Below, in pieces: positions 15,173 to 20,000 of a stretch of 20,000 nucleotides of DNA; the first letter of the stretch is position 1; each line of letters begins with the position of its first letter. The stretch lies in the IMG/VR virus record IMGVR_UViG_3300037843_000618. The stretch is one strand, 5' to 3'. The stretch is from an uncultured virus (IMG/VR IMGVR_UViG_3300037843_000618) (Duplodnaviria; Heunggongvirae; Uroviricota; Caudoviricetes). A program made the translations under genes and the position numbers. The notes below the pieces were generated by a model, which worked only from the letters and a program-made list of their open reading frames with translations, was not told the origin of the DNA and made no database searches.

Positions 15173-15596
15173 CTTCGCTCCATCCGCATTCGTCGCAGCG
15201 GTAGTATCCCACTAACTTGTCGCCCTCGTAGCCTTCGCCGTAGCTCATCTCGGTGTCGCACTCTTGGCAGAACGGGGCGCTCATGTCGCCCATGTACACC
15301 GCCTTACCCAGTTCGCTCCGGCACAGGGCCTTGAAGAGAAGCTGTTTGGAGACCCTTCCCTCCCACTCTCGGCGCTCGCCGCCCGAGGTCATCCACCACT
15401 CACCCTTGCGAATGAGAATGTGCCTCGTCCTCGTGTACTGCCACGGGCATCCCACGCCCGACCAAGCGGAATGCCCCTTGATCCTGAAGATCACGAAACT
15501 CCGGCTTTGCTGGGCGACCGAGATGTGCTCGCGCTCCGCGATGCCGGAGGAGAAGGCGTCGATCAGTTCAGCGTCGGTCTTGGGTTTCTTGCTCAC
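15165..15596 (-). CDS. Hypothetical protein with C-terminal zinc ribbon, ~143 aa
   Basis: GGAGG RBS and GTGA overlap at 15596; CQEC...CDEC. Confidence 0.75.
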   Translation of the reverse strand: MSKKPKTDAELIDAFSSGIAEREHISVAQQSRSFVIFRIKGHSAWSGVGCPWQYTRTRHILIRKGEWWMTSGGERREWEGRVSKQLLFKALCRSELGKAVYMGDMSAPFCQECDTEMSYGEGYEGDKLVGYYRCDECGWSEDV

Positions 15597-15844
15597 TTGA
15601 TCATCCTCCCCACTTCCGGCGTGCAGGGCACGTAGGTGATGGTCGTCGTGTACCATCCGCTGTCCCCGTCGAGGCTGTTCATCGCTGCGTAGCAGATGCC
15701 CGTCCGAGTATCCTTGAAATACACGATGCTCTCCGGCTTCAGGTCGGACATGCTCGGCGCTGAGTTGTGTGCGCAGCCTCCTAAAGCCAGCAGGGACGAC
15801 AACAGCATGCCGATGACTATCTTTTCGGGCGTGTTTATTTTCAT
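15593..15844 (-). CDS. Putative lipoprotein, 83 aa
   Basis: AGGAGG RBS; basic N-terminus, hydrophobic core and LALGG-C lipobox-like site. Confidence 0.7.
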   Translation of the reverse strand: MKINTPEKIVIGMLLSSLLALGGCAHNSAPSMSDLKPESIVYFKDTRTGICYAAMNSLDGDSGWYTTTITYVPCTPEVGRMIK

Positions 15845-15854
15845 TTCGTTCCTC

Positions 15855-16007
15855 CTAATAGTAGTCGGTGCATATCCCGCCCGCAGCGAGGGTGAAGGAC
15901 ACCAGGATAAAGATTATCTCCCAAGGGCGCTGCCCGGCATGGGCGCATGTCGTCGAGACCATAGCGCACGTCCAACCCGCCGTCAGGAATTTTTCGAGCC
16001 TTGTCAC
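15855..16007 (-). CDS. Small hydrophobic protein, 50 aa (not in ORF track)
   Basis: GTGA overlap with the upstream stop; MTRLEKFLTAGWTCAMVSTTCAHAGQRPWEIIFILVSFTLAAGGICTDYY; fills the gap exactly. Confidence 0.6.
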   Translation of the reverse strand: MTRLEKFLTAGWTCAMVSTTCAHAGQRPWEIIFILVSFTLAAGGICTDYY

Positions 16008-16717
16008 TTTGAACTCTTAGGTCCTTCCCCAAGCTGGGGAAATTCCGGCATTTCCGTCCCGGCATCAATCATCTGCTTGGCTTTGTCAAGCGCGTACAGT
16101 CCGGTTCGGTGGATCAGCCGGGCAGCGGTCGCCTCCACTTCTGCCTTGGCGATGTCCACCTTCTTCTCCAGTTCATCGTTGAAGCTGCTCTCGATGAACG
16201 GGATGCTGCTGGTGATGGACATGATCGCGCTGTTGATCTTCCCTAGCAGGTCGCGCTGCTCGGTCTTGTTGAGCGGCTTGTTGCCGGGGAGCAGGGACTC
16301 GTTAAGCTGGTTGCGAAGCGCGACCAGTTCCGCCACGGCCGCCTTAGTCGTCGCCTTGAGGTCCTCGGAGAACTTGCTCGCGATTCCCTCCGGCTCCGGG
16401 CAGGCGGCCATCATCTTGCCATTGACGCCACGGATCGTGCAGGGCACGCCGTCGCCCATTCCGGGGCTGGTGATCAATTGCGCGAACTGCGAGTGGCTTA
16501 GTTCGATCTCAACCAGGGGCAGGCTGCTCGCATGGTACCAGTCGTTCGACAGGTGCCGGGTGACTTCGGCGCGTTTTACCGTCAGCGTGATGTAGTTGTG
16601 GTGCCGCGCCTCCGAGCCGAAGAGGTACGTGCCGCTGCTGTGCGGGCAGGTGATGCCCACCATGCCGAAGCTCTCGTGGTTCTCGGTCGTCTCTTTGCTC
16701 AATCCCTTGTTTGACAT
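16004..16717 (-). CDS. Phage hypothetical protein, 237 aa
   Basis: AGGAG RBS; HESFGMV...LFGS...IELSHSQFAQLITS...GVPCTI, then a helical C-terminus. Confidence 0.8.
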   Translation of the reverse strand: MSNKGLSKETTENHESFGMVGITCPHSSGTYLFGSEARHHNYITLTVKRAEVTRHLSNDWYHASSLPLVEIELSHSQFAQLITSPGMGDGVPCTIRGVNGKMMAACPEPEGIASKFSEDLKATTKAAVAELVALRNQLNESLLPGNKPLNKTEQRDLLGKINSAIMSITSSIPFIESSFNDELEKKVDIAKAEVEATAARLIHRTGLYALDKAKQMIDAGTEMPEFPQLGEGPKSSK

Positions 16718-16725
16718 ATCGTCTC

Positions 16726-17118
16726 CTATAGTATCCTGATCGGCTTGAATTTGCTATCGTGTTCCTGATTCTTGGGGGTGAACCACACGCCTCGTTCCTG
16801 CGTGACGCCTTCCATGGAAATGCCCCAACAGCCGTGGCTCCAATACGTGTTGAAATCACCGAGGCTCATGCGCACGTGCCCGGCTTGAGAGAGCAGACGG
16901 ACGGCGTCCGCTTTGCTGGCGGCACAGACGTACAGGTGACCGTCCAGCCCCTTGTAGCCGTAGTCGCCACGCCCGTTGGCGATCAGCAGCTTGCCCGGCT
17001 TGCACTTTGTCAGGTGCGTGACCTTGGCGAGACCCTGATCGCTCACAGCTTTCCCGCAGTGGCGGCAAGTCGCCTTGCCAGCCATCACGAGATAGTGGGC
17101 GTCAACTGGTTTCGTCAC
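16726..17118 (-). CDS. Hypothetical protein, 130 aa
   Basis: Operonic, 4-nt overlap with the upstream gene; CRHC...H...C. Confidence 0.7.
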   Translation of the reverse strand: MTKPVDAHYLVMAGKATCRHCGKAVSDQGLAKVTHLTKCKPGKLLIANGRGDYGYKGLDGHLYVCAASKADAVRLLSQAGHVRMSLGDFNTYWSHGCWGISMEGVTQERGVWFTPKNQEHDSKFKPIRIL

Positions 17119-17417
17119 AGACTTTCCCGTTCAATCATTTGGGCGATGCCCTGTGCCGCCTCGGCTTCGTCGTACCACTCCGGTGTTGTCTGCCTGTGGG
17201 CGTCGTACAGGTTTTGCAGGGCGTTGGTCACGGTCGTGATGTTCGCCAGTCCGTCACCTTTGTGGGTTTTGTGGATTTCAAGCACGAGTTCGTCGGCTGC
17301 GAAGCCGCCGAATGTGATCGCAATCTTGCACAAGTCCGCAGCGTACTTGGTAAGCCAGCCGTCGCCGAAGGTCGCCGGGGCTGGTGTGAATTCATCCTGT
17401 GTCAGTGGTTCGCTCAT
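17115..17417 (-). CDS. Hypothetical protein, 100 aa
   Basis: ATGA overlap; AAAGG RBS. Confidence 0.7.
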   Translation of the reverse strand: MSEPLTQDEFTPAPATFGDGWLTKYAADLCKIAITFGGFAADELVLEIHKTHKGDGLANITTVTNALQNLYDAHRQTTPEWYDEAEAAQGIAQMIERESL

Positions 17418-17839
17418 GCTGTCGCCTTTCTAGTCGTCAAAGCCTTGAGAAATTGGGTCAGCGGCTTCTGCGCCTTTTCTGCCCGTTGGTAGCACTCAAC
17501 GTAATCCCGAGAAATCTTTTCGGTCGCTTTTTCAGACGCCCGAAGCTGCTTCTCGGCTTCATCAAGAGAGTCCTTTGCGTCAAAAGCCTCGGTGATGCTG
17601 GCGACCACTTGCTTGCCCATCTTGAGAAACTCGGGACGAGCAAAGAGCGCTTCCAGTCCCATCACGATCTTGGCTGGTTCCATCTTTTCCGCCAGCTTCG
17701 GGTATGCGTCCCAAATTTGGAAAGCGATGTGCCGTGGGCTGTTGTCGGCGTAGATGCAGAGTTTCTGGCTGAACCCGTTCTCGGTGTAGTACAGAACCCT
17801 CACGAGATTTTGGCAGTATTTTGATCTGTCCTTCTTCAT
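17414..17839 (-). CDS. Hypothetical protein with C-terminal coiled coil, ~141 aa
   Basis: GGAGG 5 nt before ATG 17839; promoter immediately upstream. Confidence 0.75.
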   Translation of the reverse strand: MKKDRSKYCQNLVRVLYYTENGFSQKLCIYADNSPRHIAFQIWDAYPKLAEKMEPAKIVMGLEALFARPEFLKMGKQVVASITEAFDAKDSLDEAEKQLRASEKATEKISRDYVECYQRAEKAQKPLTQFLKALTTRKATA

Positions 17840-17857
17840 CGTTTCCTCCACACCCCT

Positions 17858-17887
17858 AGTATACAGCCGAGGGCTGGATTTCGTCCA
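17858..17887 (-). promoter_or_regulatory. Sigma70-type (early) promoter
   Basis: TGGACG-18 nt-TATACT; shares GCTGTATACTA and downstream GTGGAGGAA with 19732-19761. Confidence 0.65.
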
Positions 17888-17913
17888 GTAGTAAGTCTAT
17901 ACAAATCAGCTAG

Positions 17914-18087
17914 TTACGACTCGCTTTCTGCCTCTTGCGCCTCGTCGTAATCCACGCTTGCGGTGCCAGCCGCCAGCGCCGTGTGGAACTTCTCAAACCG
18001 GACGCACTTCGCCGGATGCCGACGCAGGAACCGCTTCTCGTCTTTCTTGTCCCGGCACTCGGAGCCGCACTTGACGCAGGTAATCAT
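17914..18087 (-). CDS. Small CxxC protein, 57 aa (not in ORF track)
   Basis: ATGA overlap with the upstream stop; MITCVKCGSECRDKKDEKRFLRRHPAKC... Confidence 0.65.
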   Translation of the reverse strand: MITCVKCGSECRDKKDEKRFLRRHPAKCVRFEKFHTALAAGTASVDYDEAQEAESES

Positions 18088-18428
18088 AGGTCAATCTTGA
18101 CTTCGCCCAAGTCGCCGTGTTCCATCAGGTAGTCCAACACGGTCTCGTCAATCTCCAGCCGCATATACAGCGTCTCGGCGATGATGCTGACCACCCACGA
18201 GGGGTTCGTGCCGTCACCGATTCGGCGGCGCAGTGCCTCGCCCATCGTCTTGTCAGTCAGGGCGGCGATCAGCGCAGCGGAATCCAGTGACCGGATATGC
18301 TTGACGCCGACGATGGAACTCACCGTGTAAGCCCCGAACTCTTTCCGCTCACGCTCAGTCAGGGGCGCACCGAGAATCTTCTCGGCTTCTGCCAGTTTCG
18401 CATCAATCTGCTCTTGGTAGTTATTCAT
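18084..18428 (-). CDS. Hypothetical protein, ~114 aa
   Basis: ATGA overlap at 18428 (MNNYQEQ...) with AAGG RBS. Confidence 0.7.
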   Translation of the reverse strand: MNNYQEQIDAKLAEAEKILGAPLTERERKEFGAYTVSSIVGVKHIRSLDSAALIAALTDKTMGEALRRRIGDGTNPSWVVSIIAETLYMRLEIDETVLDYLMEHGDLGEVKIDL

Positions 18429-18883
18429 GCTGCCTTCTTTCTGGTCTTGTCTACGGAGACGATCTTGCATCCGAGGAGTCCAGCCCAAATCTTGGCGATC
18501 TGTTCGGCGTACTTGCGCTCGGGGTGCCCTTCGTATTCTGTGCAGCACGCTCGGGTGTCCGGCAGGGTTTGCTGCTTGCCGTTTGCACCGATCAAGACTG
18601 CTCGGTACATTTCGGACTCACCGGAAGCGAACGCTCCGAATTTGCCTATGTACTTCACGATCTCAATGCGAATCTTGCCCTTCTTCGTTGGTGGGTTGAT
18701 TTTCAGAAGCTTGCGGCAAGCCGCCGCCATGCCTTCCCACGTCTTGAACCCGTAGTCACGGGTCTTGTCGTTCAGGTACGAACCGCAGTAGTTGTCATTG
18801 TAGGACAGGCTTTGCGGGTTAGTGATCGCCCCGTAATTGCGTAGGAAATCTTGTGCAACTCCCGTTGTCAATGTTCTCGGCAT
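18425..18883 (-). CDS. Hypothetical protein, ~152 aa
   Basis: ATG 18883 (MPRTLTTG...) 1 nt after the ligase-like stop. Confidence 0.7.
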   Translation of the reverse strand: MPRTLTTGVAQDFLRNYGAITNPQSLSYNDNYCGSYLNDKTRDYGFKTWEGMAAACRKLLKINPPTKKGKIRIEIVKYIGKFGAFASGESEMYRAVLIGANGKQQTLPDTRACCTEYEGHPERKYAEQIAKIWAGLLGCKIVSVDKTRKKAA

Positions 18884-18884
18884 G

Positions 18885-19715
18885 TTAGGCTCTCTTTCTC
18901 CAGTTTTTGTTGACCACGATCTGGTCAATGGTGCATCCAAGCGGGTTCTTATCGTCACGGAGCCGATTGATGCGTGGCTGCACAACGTCGTAGGTGCCCG
19001 TTCCGTACAGATAGATAATCTCAACCACGTCGCCCGGTTTGAGCACATACGAGGACTTCTTCGTCGCACCACAAATGTCTTTCAAGAATCCGTTCGGCAT
19101 GTACAGCCCGAGGCGCACGCTGTTCTTGAGCATGCCCTTGTCGTCCCGCTCCTGTGTGTCGCCGATCACTACGGCGTCAAGCGTCTTGATGAATTTGTAG
19201 CGGTAGTTGAAGCGCAGCGTCCCGCTCGGATTGCTCTGGCGATACGGAGCGTTCAGGTCTTTCATCACGAAGCCCTCGGCGAAGTCGTTCTGCAAGCGCT
19301 CAAACAGAGCGATCTTCGCTTCCGGCGTGAAGGCGCTTTCAATAGGAAGAATGTCGGGGTGGAAACCGTCAAACGAAGCGTGGACGTATTGCAGCCGTGT
19401 GCGGTACTTGTCGTTGACGATGTTGTAGTCGCCAAGGTGCAGCGCATCAAACACGTGCAGCTTGTTCTCGGCTCCGACGAACTCGCAGTCAATCACAAAT
19501 TGGTGAAGAGGGTGTTGCTTCAAGGCGGTGATGATATTCGGCGACAAGCCCTTGCCACGCTCGCCGTGGCGGTTGTAGTCAACGACCCTGTCGCCGCTCT
19601 TCTCGACAATGCGGCGGTCGCCGTTGTGCGTCTCCTGCCAGACGTAGTTAACGTCGTTGATGAGGCGCTGCACTAGCGTATCGCTGGCGTCCTGAAGTAG
19701 CTCGGGGTAGATCAA
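18885..19715 (-). CDS. ATP-dependent DNA ligase-like protein (adenylation + OB domains) with motif I Lys replaced by Thr, ~276 aa
   Basis: WQETHNGDR (I), VIDCEF (III), HVFDAL (IIIa), EGFVMK (IV), RYKF..TLDAVVIG (V/OB), VVEIIYL...QPR...LRDDK. TTG 19715 follows GGAGG. Confidence 0.8.
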   Translation of the reverse strand: MIYPELLQDASDTLVQRLINDVNYVWQETHNGDRRIVEKSGDRVVDYNRHGERGKGLSPNIITALKQHPLHQFVIDCEFVGAENKLHVFDALHLGDYNIVNDKYRTRLQYVHASFDGFHPDILPIESAFTPEAKIALFERLQNDFAEGFVMKDLNAPYRQSNPSGTLRFNYRYKFIKTLDAVVIGDTQERDDKGMLKNSVRLGLYMPNGFLKDICGATKKSSYVLKPGDVVEIIYLYGTGTYDVVQPRINRLRDDKNPLGCTIDQIVVNKNWRKRA

Positions 19716-19731
19716 GCGTTCCTCCACCCTT

Positions 19732-19761
19732 AGTATACAGCAGACAGGGTAGGTTTGTCTG
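19732..19761 (-). promoter_or_regulatory. Sigma70-type (early) promoter
   Basis: CAGACA-18 nt-TATACT; same architecture as 17858-17887. Confidence 0.6.
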
Positions 19762-19787
19762 GAAACAACGCCTGCGTTTTCAGTCGT

Positions 19788-20000
19788 TTACGATGACAAA
19801 AGGCGCGAAATGTATTGTTTCGCCTTGTCGTAGCCCCAGGCGTGGATGGTGCGCCCGATCTTGGTGACGTCCTCGCCGGGGAAAAGCTCGTCGGCTTCGT
19901 TGTTCACCGACGGCTCCCAGCTTATCTCGATCACGCGCTTGCGCCAACCGAGAGTGATGACGCCCTTGCGTGTCGTGACTTTGTACCACGGGGTCATCTC
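19788..20000 (-). CDS. Phage hypothetical protein, probably the C-terminal part of a gene starting beyond the window
   Basis: Open frame to the window edge; PWYKVTT..G.I.LGWRKRVI.I.W...F..EDVTK...IHAW. Confidence 0.7.
   Translation of the reverse strand, partial: EMTPWYKVTTRKGVITLGWRKRVIEISWEPSVNNEADELFPGEDVTKIGRTIHAWGYDKAKQYISRLLSS

Noticed and set aside
15928..15947. TGCCCGGCATGGGCGCA resembling a group IIC intron 5' end
   Set aside because: No GTGYG start, no domain V or RT gene nearby, and it lies antisense within a 50-aa ORF that fits the operon exactly.
1..20000. tRNA, rRNA, CRISPR array, integrase/transposase or stop-codon reassignment
   Set aside because: None recognised. Genes end at TAA, TAG and TGA with tight packing, consistent with the standard code.

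Overview
This is a gene-dense, ~60% GC segment with no bacterial housekeeping synteny, most consistent with a large tailed phage genome. The host may be an Acidobacterium, judged only from recalled similarity of the Clp-ATPase and IF2-N-like proteins. Left part: an inorganic-pyrophosphatase-like + RelA/SpoT synthetase fusion divergent from a metallophosphoesterase, two small ORFs, a candidate ~304-nt highly structured non-coding RNA (3841-4144) with its own sigma70-type promoter and intrinsic terminator, an HNH nuclease and a single-domain Clp AAA+ ATPase. Middle: four Thr/Gly/Ser/Val-rich putative virion proteins, two of them paralogous. Right: a stand-alone tandem IF2 N-terminal-like protein, an HNH-RNA ligase fusion, a free-standing HNH-type nuclease in a low-GC patch, a run of small early-type ORFs, and an ATP-dependent DNA ligase homologue whose catalytic Lys codon reads Thr. 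A fixed-spacing motif (ACTWY..YC..GRG) precedes six genes and may be a phage-specific promoter. All calls come from manual motif reading; no searches were run.
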